Shown: positions 41,447 through 54,800, counted from the first letter of the stretch. The stretch: 64,000 nucleotides of DNA from Balanoglossus misakiensis (GCA_040954595.2 CM082593.2:3427434-3491433); one strand, 5' to 3'. Numbers and translations are program-made. The notes: generated from the letters alone by a model not told the origin.

Positions 41447-41610
41447 AGGTATACGGTCCCCTCAAATTAACATATGTCCACATATGGCTGAAATGGCGTA
41501 TTTGAGTCTTCTAAAGAAAATGTGTTGGCACCCACTGAACATCTGCGATTGGCTAGATCTCAATTTACCATGGTAATTGTAGCTAAATGTGCATAGGTGA
41601 CTGTATACCT
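41447..41610. mobile_element. 164-bp MITE-like element (Kolobok-like termini) in SYT15-like intron 1
   Basis: TIRs AGGTATACGGTCCCCT ... AGGTGACTGTATACCT (14/16 complementary), flanked by TCAA and TTAA; a related copy lies at ~16492-16576. Confidence 0.65.
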
Positions 41611-44600
41611 TTAAGCTCAGGTGACATGTTCGATCGTTCCTGCAACGTCTGGACGTGCACAGCCGAGTGTGCGGCGTCTGTGCGCAGAGAACGGTAGCTG
41701 CAGTGTGCATCTGTTGCTTCAGCTGGTCGCCGGCGGCCATTTTTGGGGTGCCACCAAGAAATTACTTGCACTCAAAATTGTTGCTCAAGTGGTTAACAAC
41801 TGACAAACATCTCTCAATGAGTCCAATAACAAAAGGGATAAACTTTAATTACAAATTAAACACTTGAAAGCATGTGACAGCGCCACCATTAAACATTTAG
41901 TGAAGTGCAAAAACCCACATTCTCTTTTGTTTCCGGGACTGTCACAGCAATCTGTCGACACTATTCCTGTCAATATCTTTGATTCAAATCGGAAGTTAGT
42001 CAAGTTGAAATTCGCTGACGTGGAACAATATGAATCGGTATGCACACTGTATGACTTTTGTGCATATTTGTAAGAAACACATTAAAACGTCATAAATAAT
42101 TACCGGTACTCACCATAAATTATGTCATTAGAGCTTTTTAATAAGTCATAGCCGCAGCCAGGGTCGCGATAGAGCCCCGGCAACTGACGGACGATTGTCG
42201 GGCTTCATTAAACAGAAAGGAGTGAGTGACTCCTTGTATGAAATAATAATTCAGAGCCATCCACTTGGTTCCATTAAATGCCTTCATTTAATGTTTTCAG
42301 TAGAGCTTCGCCCGGCGGTTGTAAAACCCGGAAACTTCTGTTCCCAGACAAGATTAATGAATGGAACTCGGTCAAAATGGTTTGCAGGAAATCTTTCCTG
42401 TTCACGAAAAACAATCCCATTTATAGCGTTTAATGGATTAGCCGTGGCCACTCAAACGAGGCGAAGTCCCCGATTCGTGCATTGTCTTAAAGATGCCATT
42501 CAGCGATAAAATTGAACCGTTTAGTGTTGGGCAAGATGTCTTTATCGTAAAATAGCTAAACCATTGCGTTTCAAAAGAACCCCATTTCTTTTATCCTCGC
42601 GTTTTTTCCTAATCAAAATATGAATTGTGCGAGGCGTTATATTTCTTTCAATCATGAGTATATACGAGTGAGACCGCATCATCATTGAGCTATTCCCGTT
42701 TTCTCATAATTGTGGATATTCTCGCATTCAACGACTCCTGCACGTTCTTTGATGGCGATCACCTGCAACGGTTTGACTGGCAGGCTTGCCATTTCCTCAG
42801 TGCTCAATATTCAAATCAGAGACGCGCCGTAACCATTCCATTGCGGGGATCAGCTCGTTAATCCGCCGAGAAGCTGTCGCCCCGGGGGCCGAGCTCACCT
42901 GAACCAACCCGGTGTACACATTCCGACGTCTTCTAACGACGCCCTTATAGTGCGTTGGAGTCGGATAAGGAGTCTGACCCCTTCGGCGGGCGCGATTGGT
43001 GGCTGCGGCGATTTCGTCTAATACGCCGTTTGTGAAGTTGGATGGACTCCCCCGTCGCAAAGCGTTGTCTCAGCACATATAATAGGCGAATTCTGCAAAT
43101 GCCTTGGTTCTAATGATCGCACTGAAAATTCGCCTCGCTAGTTATTCCCCCATTTCTGAAATAATTCAAAACACAATTAACGGCATTCTGGTCGGAACAG
43201 TCCTGATACCAAAATACCAGAGGCCAAAACATTTTATTGAAATGTCATTTTTTCCACTGTTTGCGCGAGATACAGCAGAGATACACGGATGTACGGCGTG
43301 CCCCATTAGAAACTGTTGCTAACTAGGCCATCAACAGGCGTTTAAGGGTGTCATCCAACGGTTTCCAATTCGGGTGATCAGGACGTCGTATATAATAACA
43401 AGTCATCATAGATGACAGAGTCCCCGCTAGAAATTATGATCTATGGATATAAATGTCAGCCTATCAAGTATGCTACACATTTGGGAAGGATTGGTTCAGA
43501 ATTTATGAGCGACGACTCCCAAACAAAATGGTCGACTAACCGACATATTGGAATTTATGTTCTGAAACTGCGCTTATACGTCATAGCGCTTCTGGACTGC
43601 CCTAACCTTTATACATGTCTTCCAATTTGAGAATAACAAAGCAAATAGCTAATTAGAACAATATCTGATATCATTTGGAAGCTGTCAACCTACACATGTC
43701 GGTCATAGGCGCCATGCCCTTGTCCAGACAGTGAAAGAAATATTTTATGCCCGCAAGCAATTTTTAGTATTAAAGACATGCAGATGCCAGGAAACGATAC
43801 AAGCAAATTGCATTGGTGGCCATGAAAGTGTTTTTGTATTCCATTAACTATGAAGCACAATGACAGCGCATTTCCTTGTAGATTTGATAGACGTATAACA
43901 TTGATTTGTATCTCTGTGGGACAAGTATAGGTAACTTTTACATTTTGGGCGACCAGAGAACGACACAGGCAAACCGTATTGATTATTCCGTATGCAGATT
44001 TGTAACGCTCTCGCAACACGACGCCGAGTCATTCGATTGCATAACAGCTTTTGTGAGCGTTTCATTATACCATGGAGGGTGATAATTCAAATACTCAAAA
44101 GGAAAACATCACAGGGCATAAATAACCAGGGTAATCAAACGAAACGAAAAACGCTATGGGCTTGTACTAGTACGAGTAATGCGCCGTATCCTCAAACATT
44201 GACTCGTGACATATGACAAGATAATTGGTTCTTTATGCCAAGATTGCCCAGATGCGGGCTTGCATACATCACAAACACCGATATTCTGATTTGAGCGCCG
44301 TCTTCTCTTTTCCGTATGTAATTTGCTCGGTTCTTGTGAGCGTAAAACGTATATGCTAACGGCGTAATCAACCGTATATTATTGCGAAGCCGGGAGATCT
44401 CCATTACAGGCAGGTTAGCCGCATGACCGAGATAGGAGTCAATACAATAGAATTTTTGAAGCTTTCGCTGAAAGTCTCATTAGAGCCGTGGTTCACTTTC
44501 CAGAGATTTTTTTACAACATCGTGGTCGAGCACAGGTCACTGATGGTTTCATTTCCTCCGAGCAAACATCATCGATCATTTCAGTTCAACGCGATTCTTT

Positions 44601-47600
44601 CCCATCGAAGCATCAAGTGCCTGAGGTCCTGGATTTAACGAACTTTCAAAACCAAATAAACTGCCTAAAGTTTGTCAAAAAAAGATCTCCGTGTACCGGT
44701 CATCGTCTGTCATTATTACAGTCGCCATTGCAATTGATGTATGACGTGATTTAATATAACGATGTTTGCATACTTGATGGACGTCGACCTGTTTGTTTAT
44801 TCTGATAAAGCAGTTTACCATCGATATCGTTCTACTTCTTCAGTTTCTGAATATGCCTACTTCAATTACCAAAAAAAGACGAGGCAAGTTTAGCGTAATA
44901 AAGGCACTCCACTCAATCGAATATGCAAAATGTTAGATATTCCACTCTTGTAATCCGATATGCTCGCCCTGCCATAACCGTTGCTTCGGGGGATACTTTT
45001 CCAACAACGCCATCGCCATCATGTTTCCATGACAACCCTTCCAGCTAATAAATCCATTCCCCTCGAATTTTTTACGGGACGTCTGGTGCTGTACTTATAG
45101 GATAACGCTCTCGATCAGGATTTGCAAGCGCTCGAGGATACAGCTCGTGCCAGTAATGAATATTTAGCCAGGTGTTTAGTTCTCTGTATCCATAGCAACC
45201 ATCGTACCCACGAAAACTTCTTGCTCAGTCCAACACAGTACCAATACTCGTGTTATTCAAGTTCGACAAACTTGCTACGATAAAATATTACAATCTACAC
45301 CCGCAATTCATAATTTAGCTTTAAAACGTCGTTCTATATTATTTATTTTTACCATTTAGAGACGCAAAACATGCTTTCAATTTTACCGATCGAATTGACC
45401 AACATTCTATCTTTTTGTGTGTTCGTTCGACCATTATAACCAAATGCCAAACTTAATCCGAGTCTCATCTGTGTGCAAAGTGATACTTTTCGCCCATATG
45501 TTCGCAATTCACATCTTCCACGAATCCGAGTGACTTACAAACCCCCGCCGATACATTTCAATTCAACTGCGAGAGGTTACTATTCCTCCCTATTAGTCAG
45601 CGGACGTCGATTTCAAAGAGCATTATAAGTATTTATAGCTGAAAAACCTGAGAAGGGGGAAAAAGAAATCTCACAGACGGATCCCCACGTCTTTGCTTAT
45701 TGTTAATACTTTCGACCTGGTTTGGCGTGTAGCGATCGGGGATATTTAGCGCGCTGCAGATAATCGCAGAATGGGTGCATTGCTTCGGCTTTACATTAGA
45801 TTTAACCACGGTCACGTGATTTAACCCCTGAAGAAGAGTGCATTCTATTAATTATCCTGCAACCGTTAAGCCGCCGCACTTCTGCTAAAGGGCTTCTTTT
45901 CAGATTGGCCACCCGGGACTTAGCAAGCAACAGTAGAATTTCTTGAAGGAAATCAGTGGGCCAGGGTTGTCATAATAGTCTAGTACATAGTCATCGAAGA
46001 ATAGCGGCGTGTGTTTATGATTCAAAGTCTGGAAAGCACGAACTATGCATTTTTCGGCCAAGAGATGATGCTTGAATACACGGAAGTTGCAATGTAAAAG
46101 TGGAAATCCATATTCGTGTATTCGTTACCGAAATATGTGAATAAGCTAAACCCTCTGTCGGTAATTTAAGTCATAAATTAACTACTCATTGTCAACGAAG
46201 TAAGCAAACTTTTGATCTATGTAGCCGCAGCATTTCGTAATTGGTTTTTGAAAGATTATACTGAAGGTATTTTCTGGGCCCATCTTTCGAATCGTGTAGT
46301 GTTTCTCTCTCGGTAATAATACGCGCCGGCGGCATCGGAAATGACGACAACGATAGTGTTTTTTCCGACCGCCATCATATATGTCATCATTCATCTTAGT
46401 CGGCAGTGTCAGCTCGGACGAGATTTTTTACTGACACGTTTTGACGTTAGCGTGATGAATAATGAAAACTCTGGTTAGCGGACAGGAAATATATCATAAT
46501 GGAGTTCATTAGTGTAAAGGATGCTGTCCTGTTCCCTGGGCCTTATCTGAATTCAAATGTTGTCTGACATACTTCTTACTGAAGAATCAGCATTTCGCCA
46601 TTTATTTATATGTCATTGCAGAATAAACCAGCCTTTTCCGAAATGATAGATTCGTTGATGCGGCCGTCTGTCTGCTATCTGCTCCACACGGCAGGCCAAC
46701 TGGTGAAGCTTACCTGTCGTACGTCACTGAAAGTCTGGTGGGTCACGTGAGCGGTACAAAGAGCCGTTACGTTCACATCTCATCTCGTTGTAATTATTGT
46801 CGCATTTGTCGGGTGATTATGAAATTTAAGTGACCCTGCCCCAGTCTGCACGCAAGAAAATGGATTATGTAAACTTTTGAGAGAACTCACTTTTCAAGAA
46901 AGTCTGGAACATATATGACGCGTAACACGGGTGCAAAGTGTATGCCCTTATACAACACGCATGGCAAGTCGAACGATATCTAACATCACGGCATCTCCAG
47001 ATATACATGCGGGCAATACATAAGCCACCTACTTTATGACACATTCCCCTAAAGCAAATGGTGCCAGACGGAACATTCTTGGTGACGTTATCCGAATGAC
47101 CGACCGAGCGTGCAGTAATTGACGCAAAGTCCTTTTGCCATGTCCCTTAAGCTTTTCCGAGTTTCCCTTCTTACCGTTTCGAGTCCTGGGAATACTGAAC
47201 GTTTCCAGTCGTAATATCATAACAATTATAATCGCCCAAATAACGACACGCCGCGGAAATTACATAGAAAAGCCAATCTCCTCTGACGTCACTCCCCGTT
47301 GGCTATAACAAAAGCAAACAGATGCTCCCACGAGAGGATTTTTTTTGCTCGCCGTGGATGATACATAAGTAAGTTTGACTTTCCGCGAAGATCCCAGTGA
47401 TAAAACACCAAACGCTCGGGCAGACGCTGTACATTGCTCGGAAGAATACTAACAAGCCAAGAACTCAGACTGCACGATATCTTCGTCTCTCGATGCAGAC
47501 GAAGGTTAATTTTTTTCCCCGCCGAAAAGAAATAATTTCTTCTTTGACAAGCAAATATTCCACCGTTCGCTTTTTATCTGTCACTTACAGTCGACCGATG

Positions 47601-50166
47601 ATCAAAACATCCTGCGTGACCGCGGGTACTTTTACCCATTAATTCTCTGTCTGCTAAAATCCCACGCGCCGTGTTCTTCTGAAAGTAGCCTAAAACGCCA
47701 TCCCCTTGCATAAAGGTCTCATCCAAAGATATTCTGCCCGAAGCGAAAATAACGACGTTAATTCGAGATGGCGGACATTTCCATACATTGCTGGTGTTCA
47801 CCCAAGGAGATGAAGATGACGATCTGAGAGCACGCCGAACTGAAGACAATACCCAAGTAATTTACGAGATCGCGCACAGATAAAGCTCTCGAGCATATAA
47901 AACGTGCCTTAGACTAACATTGAGAGGAAAATTACTGAAAATCACATGTGGCTCAGAAAACTCAAACATTTATGCATGGGCACAGCAACATGTGATAAAT
48001 CTCAAATTTGAATGTTCTATTTTCAACAATCACGTTCTTTTTGCTGCAAATCGACTGTTTTTTTCTTCAAAAATCCGTGGCATGTCCAAACCAATCGGTG
48101 ATGCCCCATTCCAATCACGTCTGGCAGTTTATTCACGGCGATTCTTTCGGTTCGATGAATGCACAGGGCGTCCCAGCTCTTCTCCGTTCCAAAACAACAG
48201 TTAATAGAACGCCTTGTGCGAAATAGCCACGTAATTAAGCCCTACACGGTTCTGAAATAAGTAATGGGTGGGACAATTTTAGACAACACATTATGGCGAC
48301 CTTTCAACTAACCTTTCCAATCGTTTTATATTGAGTGTCTTTATGTAAGGGTTATCGCGGTGAGATAATGGGCGGTCTTAATAATGTAAGTCTTTCTCCA
48401 TCAACCGTGAATTGTGATAAAGCGCTGTAAGTAAGGATTTCAAAAAGAAATTATTTCCCTATGAAAACATCCCACGATGATAAATACCCACAATAGAGCG
48501 ATTTCTTCGATATATGTTGGTGTTGCGATCACAATCCATGTTCATTTTAGATATTTCTTCGGGTGGTATTCTCGAGTGCCATATATTGTAATTATCGTTT
48601 CTTTTGCGAATGCATTTATGGAGTTGCGTGTGTGTGTGTCGGCGCGCGCATGTCTGTCGCCGGGATGAATCAGGAGCATCTGACGTCATCACTAAAGCGA
48701 TAACCTAAGCCGAAACGAGGTTTGGAGAAAAAGATGTGCATTTTAGCGATTAGATTGCCAACTTATTTTGCCAATTTTGATAAACTATTTACGGTAACGT
48801 CGTCTGGAAAAGCCGCAACGACGCGTGAAGCTATTTCTCCAGAATTGCAAGATAAATGTCTTCGGTATACATGTAATTCTTGCATAATTTAAACCCCATG
48901 TCCCTCCAGACTTGGCCAATCATCAGTTTCTTGATTACTATAACCTCCGCAGATCACCCCTATCTCCCAGTGGAAGAGACCGCTGCCACATGCGGACACG
49001 TAGGACAGGGGGTGGTCTCACTATGGAACAACGGGGAGGTCACAGTGAAAAGCCTGTCAACACATGATGGGACTTTAAAAATGAAAACGGTGAGGGCATT
49101 CGTGAGAAGGCAGATGGAGTTTCACATCGTTCCAGTTGAAACCACGATGATAATTGCATTGTGGGTAAAAAGGTCGACGTAAGAGATGACATTTTACCCG
49201 GTGGATTCTCTCTGTCTAAAAGTACTGTCTATTCAAATTGCCCTTGTATAACGATGCGTGCGTAGACACCTTGCGGCAGTTTACGGGTGTGAAGCAACAA
49301 CCGTACCTGTAATCCACTTACGCTTGGAAATTCTCACCAAATGAATGACGTCAGTCCTCGGACTTTGTCGTCGACTCGATCGTGTCATGAGCACTCAGTG
49401 ACGAAAGGAACTCCTGTACGGTTTAAAACTACCCTCATTTCCAAACACAAACATGTAAACGGAGACGCGATAAGATTTATAGAGAACATTTTAAAAGGTT
49501 TATTCATGAACAAAAAAAACGACAACCATTATACTGCGAGGTGAAAAGTGCCTGGTCGACATCAGCCGCGTCATGCTGACGCGATCTTTTCAAAATGTCA
49601 GGACAGCGGGGACCCTTAAACGTCTCTTATCTTCCTTCAAAATATAGTGATTATGTCTCAATAAATAAATGACCCCAAATGCGATTAACTCGGTTTATTA
49701 TATACAAAATTATCAGTCTCCGTCTCAGCGTTAGTATCGTAAACTAAGCCCTGAGCGTCACGGTCGTAACTGCGGACATTGTGAGTGACGCTAGGATTGG
49801 ATCAGTCCGTGCGTAGGAGGCTATGCACATTTTATGGTCTCGTTTGCTAAAGAGCGTTCCGTTATATTCAAGGGTCTCCTCAGTCATTTGCAAGACATAT
49901 TCTGTCTCTTAATGAAGGAAAATTAACTCCTTCTGTGGTGGTTTTCTGGTCGACTCGAATCTCACCTTTTGTTGTCAGCGGTGATGACACGCACGCACAA
50001 ATTTACACTCACAGGTGCTAATTAGTAATTTCCACCTCATTAACGAGATAAATAATATTTCAAGGGGGTCTGTCGAGCTTAGCATTCAAGATCGATTGTG
50101 TTGCCACATGCGAGTGCCTCTGACGATTTCTGAATTAATTTACGTGTAATTCTGTCATTCGAGCAG

Positions 50167-50506
50167 AAGGGGACCACTATTTCGAAGACCTGGACAAGTC
50201 ACCGCTCACCGGCGACGCGTCACCCATGGAGGGAGAGCCCCACATCGACAGCCTCCGAGTTCTAAAGGCGATGTCCGATCACATCGACTCCAGCGAGGAC
50301 GAAAGCTCCCAGGGACACGGCAGCCCCTTCCGCAGACTCTCTCCTTCCCACGCCCGCTGCATGGTTGGTGCTATACAACCGGAGCTGTACGTCAGCGACC
50401 ACAGCCCTCCGGGAAGGAGGCCCTCTATTGGCCAGAAGGACTCAGTGGTTGACGAGTCCTATGGAACTCTGTGGTTCTCCGTCCGTTATGACGATGCTGC
50501 TCAAAG
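50167..50506 (+). CDS. SYT15: Synaptotagmin-15-like gene, coding exon 2 (linker and start of C2A)
   Basis: Acceptor ...GAGCAG|; encodes (E)GDHYFEDLDKSP...GAIQPELY...YGTLWFSVRYDDAAQ(R), similar to Syt15 GxInPELY...GRLWFSVEY; phase-2 donor AG|GTGAGT. Confidence 0.88.
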
Positions 50507-50633
50507 GTGAGTAACACTTCAGGCTTGTTTCCGTGATACTTTCCTTGAAATATTAAAAGTTACATGCAACATTACGCCCATGCGCATAAGACGATCGTTG
50601 CTCTTTAAGTATCCCCGCGTGTCTTGATTCTAG

Positions 50634-50982
50634 AATGATAGCGAACTTGCACAGGGCGTGCGATTTGCCCGGGAAGGGCCAGAACGAGGCGACGTACGAC
50701 ACCTTCGTGGAGACCTGCCTTCTGCCGACCGAGAAACACTCGCAGAAATCCAAAGTCGTCAGGAGGACGAGCAACCCGATATACGACGAGGAGTTCTCCT
50801 TCCACGTCGACTCCAACAAGTTGGTGGGACTCGCCCTGCGCATGACCGTTTACGACTGCGCCCGACAGCACAAACACAACGCCGTCGGCAACGTCCTGGT
50901 GCCCTTCGGGAACTACAACTTCTCCGATATGGTGGAGAAAGGCATCAAGGGACTGGGATGGAAATTAGAACGTAAATCAGAG
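50634..50982 (+). CDS. SYT15: Synaptotagmin-15-like gene, coding exon 3 (C2A domain)
   Basis: Acceptor ttctag|A; encodes DTFVETCLLP...KSKVVRRTSNPIYDEEFSF...LRMTVYD...VGNVLVP, a classic C2 pattern; phase-0 donor GAG|GTATGT. Confidence 0.93.
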
Positions 50983-51378
50983 GTATGTGTATTCTCAAGA
51001 CAATGTGTGCTTCCCCTGCCAAATCAGGCAAACGACCGACATGATCTATATTCTTAGTCTTCAACTGGATAATTCGAAGAAGAAAAAATGTAAGACATGA
51101 AAAATAATTAGACCAATAATTAGACCTTTCATAAAAACAATTGGTTTATCATTCCAACACGCCGATGAACTCGCATACCATAATAATGTGTGTAAGTAGA
51201 GACGAAAAGTAATAACAGTAAATCGCTCGACTTTTGGCAGTGTAGACTTAATTAAAACATTAGGATGTAACCATAGCCCTGACCGTAAAAATCCCCATTA
51301 GCATTCATTCAATTAAAGCTGTCACAGTGATATACGGCGTCGTTTTAATATACTAATTAAACTCTGGTTTTTATTTAG

Positions 51379-51520
51379 CCATTACATGATTTAGGGCAGC
51401 TGTATATATCTTTGGCGTATCTGCCTTCGGGAGACCGACTGTCTGTTGTCATTCTGAGAGCAAAGCATCTGAAGAAAGCCAGGGAGCTGAAGGAAGACAA
51501 ACACTCGCCAGAGTCTTTGG
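51379..51520 (+). CDS. SYT15: Synaptotagmin-15-like gene, coding exon 4 (start of C2B)
   Basis: Acceptor ttttatttag|; encodes PLHDLGQLYISLAYLPSGDRLSVVILRAKHLKKARELKEDKHSPESL; phase-1 donor G|GTAAGA. This exon is not in the ORF track. Confidence 0.92.
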
Positions 51521-51672
51521 GTAAGAGACGTTTAGTGTATGAAGGGTGGGGGACAGACTGACGAACGGACAGGCATGCAGACACACACATACACACACAA
51601 GGAGACATATTGTTCGACAGATAGACAGACTGCATTTTAATCATATTTTCGTAATTTTTATGATATCCACAG

Positions 51673-51980
51673 ACACCTATGTGAAAGTTACATTGGTTTA
51701 TGGAAACGAGAAAGTGAAGACAAGAAAAACGCAGGTGATTGGACGGACTGACAATCCTGTTTACAACGAATCGTTGGCTTATGTGGTCCCACCCGGTTAC
51801 CTCGACGATTCCAGCCTCGTCATAACCGTCATGCAGCGCGGTTTCATCAAACGCGACGCCCCCATCGGCCGGATCATTCTAGGTCCGTACTGGTATTGCC
51901 AAGGTCGAACTCTGAGTCACTGGGGTCAAATGCTATCCAGGCGTCAAGCCACAAAACAATGGCACTACCTATACCTATAG
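51673..51980 (+). CDS. SYT15: Synaptotagmin-15-like gene, terminal coding exon 5 (C2B)
   Basis: Acceptor ccacag|; encodes DTYVKVTLV...KTRKTQV...NPVYNES...IGRIILGPYWYCQGRTLSHWGQML...QWHYLYL*, similar to Syt15 GRVVVGPYMYTRGRELEHW...WH; TAG ends at 51980. Confidence 0.93.
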
Positions 51981-53564
51981 ATATTCTCTCCCGCGCGAAC
52001 GACATTATTTGACAAGTGACCGGTGAGTGTGTGCGGTTTTCAAATCATCTGCCTCGACTTCACACTGACTAATATTATCGTCCAGAGTCTCAAAATTACC
52101 TCTTGTGTCATTCGGAAAATCGTGAAACTGTGTTTATTGGGCACATTTTATACCTGTTCTTGATATGAACCCAACATGTATATGAAAACATTTTAACCAT
52201 TTTCATTTTGACATAATTTTGTACTCGTACCCTTTGATTATACGGCAAACTTCATAACAGATCTCTAATGAGTCGAATCAGACGACTACAAATGACTGCC
52301 TTACTTCTGTGAAGACAAGAAATGAAGTTGAACAATGAAAAACCCTGTGAGTCATTTTTGTTAGTCACAATCAATGTTAAAATGTACGTACAGACAAACA
52401 GACGGAGTAGTAGTTTAGAAACTGCAGTGGTCTCCAGATTTGTTGAATACTGTTCTATTCATTTTGTACTTAAAATCTGCAACAAATGATCTTGTAAAAC
52501 TAAAGCTTTCAAAAGAAATGTATTCAAGCTGTAGTTTATAATGATATTTTAGATCGATATGAAAACCTGACTTAGATATTTCATTCATATAATCGATACC
52601 GATTGTTCCCTATCACAAGCCGTTTAATTCCCCATCAAAGTGTCTTAGATCTTTCAAATCTAAAAATGTTCGGTAACAAACCTGTAAAGAGCAGGATCTC
52701 AGTTTGTTCGCTTTAATGTTCACCGCTTCATTTTAAAAACACGTGTCGGGTTCAACTTTCATTTTGTTTGTAATGGAAGGACCTTTGAAAGACAACATTG
52801 CGGAAATGTTGGAGATGGACAGATTAGAGCTCCACTCTGCAGATAACAAGTTATGCACAGTTTCGGTAGTCTTTTGAAAGCGTGGATGCTTCTAGCAGGG
52901 GGTATGAAAGTCATTATTGGTTCTGTTCAGACTGGCGAGATCATGGAGATAGCATCGCTTCGAAAAAAATACACGAGTCTGGATTCTTGACTAAGAAAGG
53001 TCCGGCAGTACGATTAACTAGTATCCATGCAGGCCGTCAGATTAATTGAGCACTTTACGTGGGCGTTTGAATTATCTCTGTATATGAACTGAAGTGCACT
53101 GTCCTCGGGTCTTTCGCTGTGTAACGCTGTACTTTGTCTGTGTCGCGGGCACTCGCCTCCTAAATTCATATGACGTTCGAGTGTGTTAGCGAAAGTGCTT
53201 CGAACCGTTGGATGTCGACCGTAGTGCCCACCGGAGAATGTCACAGGTACGAAGAAGATGATACCTTTCGGATTCTCCCCCCCCCCTCCTCCCCCCGAAA
53301 GGTTACAGGATGATCGATTTTCGCTCCGAGCAAACAAGCGGCAAGACAGTGCAAAAATGTTGCGGCAATTATCCGCGCTTGCGGCTGAACTGCGAAAAAT
53401 AGAGTGCATCGCGAAAATTTATCGACACGAGCTCGTAAAAGTCGCTCGTGTGAATGTGAATCGAGTATATGCATAACCTTTAAGTGGTTGTATATTTGTA
53501 TAAAAAATGTTACCTTTTAATCAGCTATTGATTTGCTAAAGGCTTTGTATAAATTCTAATGTGC

Positions 53565-53575
53565 AATAAAATAAA
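53565..53575 (+). terminator. Candidate polyadenylation signal of the SYT15-like gene
   Basis: Overlapping AATAAAATAAA followed by a GT-rich tract (tgtcttgttttgtt), about 1.6 kb after the stop codon. Confidence 0.4.
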
Positions 53576-54590
53576 TGTCTTGTTTTGTTAATATCTCATT
53601 GTCTGACTTTATTAATGACGTATAGGTAAAATGTGGAGCAGGCTTTATCGCGCTTTGGCTTTACTGCGTGCTGTAATATCACCCGCATTGGAAATTTATC
53701 AGGTGGATGGTTAATTTGCATGTGTTTAATACCCTCGCCACATTAGAACGCAGATGAATACGTATAAATTTAATCACGCAAAGTGATGATGTGTTGCCAT
53801 GATTTATTTTAGAGTGCACCTGTGTTGATATATATTTCACGGAATTAAAGCTTATGTGAGTTGATTTTTCTTATGTGGGCGGGGACCTGGCTTTGCAACG
53901 CGGGCATAATAACTATGACAACGGCAAACATTGTGTGGTAAGCTTTCTCAACAAGACCAATGAGGTTGGATATTACAAGCAGTGGGCTTGAGATAAGAGA
54001 AGATCGGAACAGCGCCCAGAGATGGCCAGTGCACGACTTTATCTACATACCTATCACGCACTGGATTTACACGCGCCAACAGTTGATGACCAATCTTGTG
54101 GAACAGAAATAAAACGGCTATCTGCACTAAATCAAGACTATTGCGCGCAGAAATGAGCTTTTGTGTGATAGAAACGGGCGACATGTTTTTCGTAAATGTC
54201 ACATTCCACTTGAGTTACAGCTGAGAAGGTTTTTAGTGAATCAGATTCGAAAGAATCCCGAGAAACGAACGGCAGATTGTAATCTCGAGCTCTGGGAAAT
54301 ATCGTCACGCGCACAGGCAGCGTTGTCGTGACTACAAAAGACAAATTTTAAAGCGCTGAACTAAGGCATCCGAATTCATGTAGTATTCGCCTCGAAAATC
54401 AAAGTCGTAAACTTGTTTCTCATATTTTGCTCGAGGCAAGTTTAGATAATTCTCTCTTAAAACTGATATTCAAAGTTATAAACCCGTCAAACTGATCCTT
54501 CGCGTGTCCTGTTTCTTTTTATCCAGTGTGATATGCTTCTGTCATTCTTAATCTGAGTGTTTTTGCGTACGGTCAAAGTCTTTTGGCTTA

Positions 54591-54800
54591 AGGGAGAACC
54601 ACTTGATTTCTAGGGGTGGGGGATTTGGGTATGTGAGCATTTTTTATGTTGCCAGGAAAAAAATTGGCCTATTTATTTTCTCAAGACATTGCAGAAGAAT
54701 TTTGTTTTCTTCCGCACCGGCACCATCAGGCTACCAACATTTTTTTTCTCAAAATTTCCTCCATCCACCCCCCCTCTCAGAAATCAAATAGTTCTTCCCT
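54591..54800. mobile_element. 210-bp MITE-like non-autonomous DNA transposon between the convergent gene 3' ends
   Basis: TIRs AGGGAGAACCACTTGATTTCT ... AGAAATCAAATAGTTCTTCCCT, with internal G-rich and C-rich arms and TA on both flanks. Confidence 0.65.

Noticed and set aside
50553-50975. Alternative-frame and antisense ORFs over the C2A exon
   Set aside because: Shadows of the GC3-rich real exon.
53264-53302. Hairpin CCTTTCGG-(C-rich)-CCGAAAGG in the presumptive SYT15-like 3' UTR
   Set aside because: An 8-bp stem with a low-complexity loop; no SECIS, histone stem-loop or miRNA features, and likely a repeat remnant.
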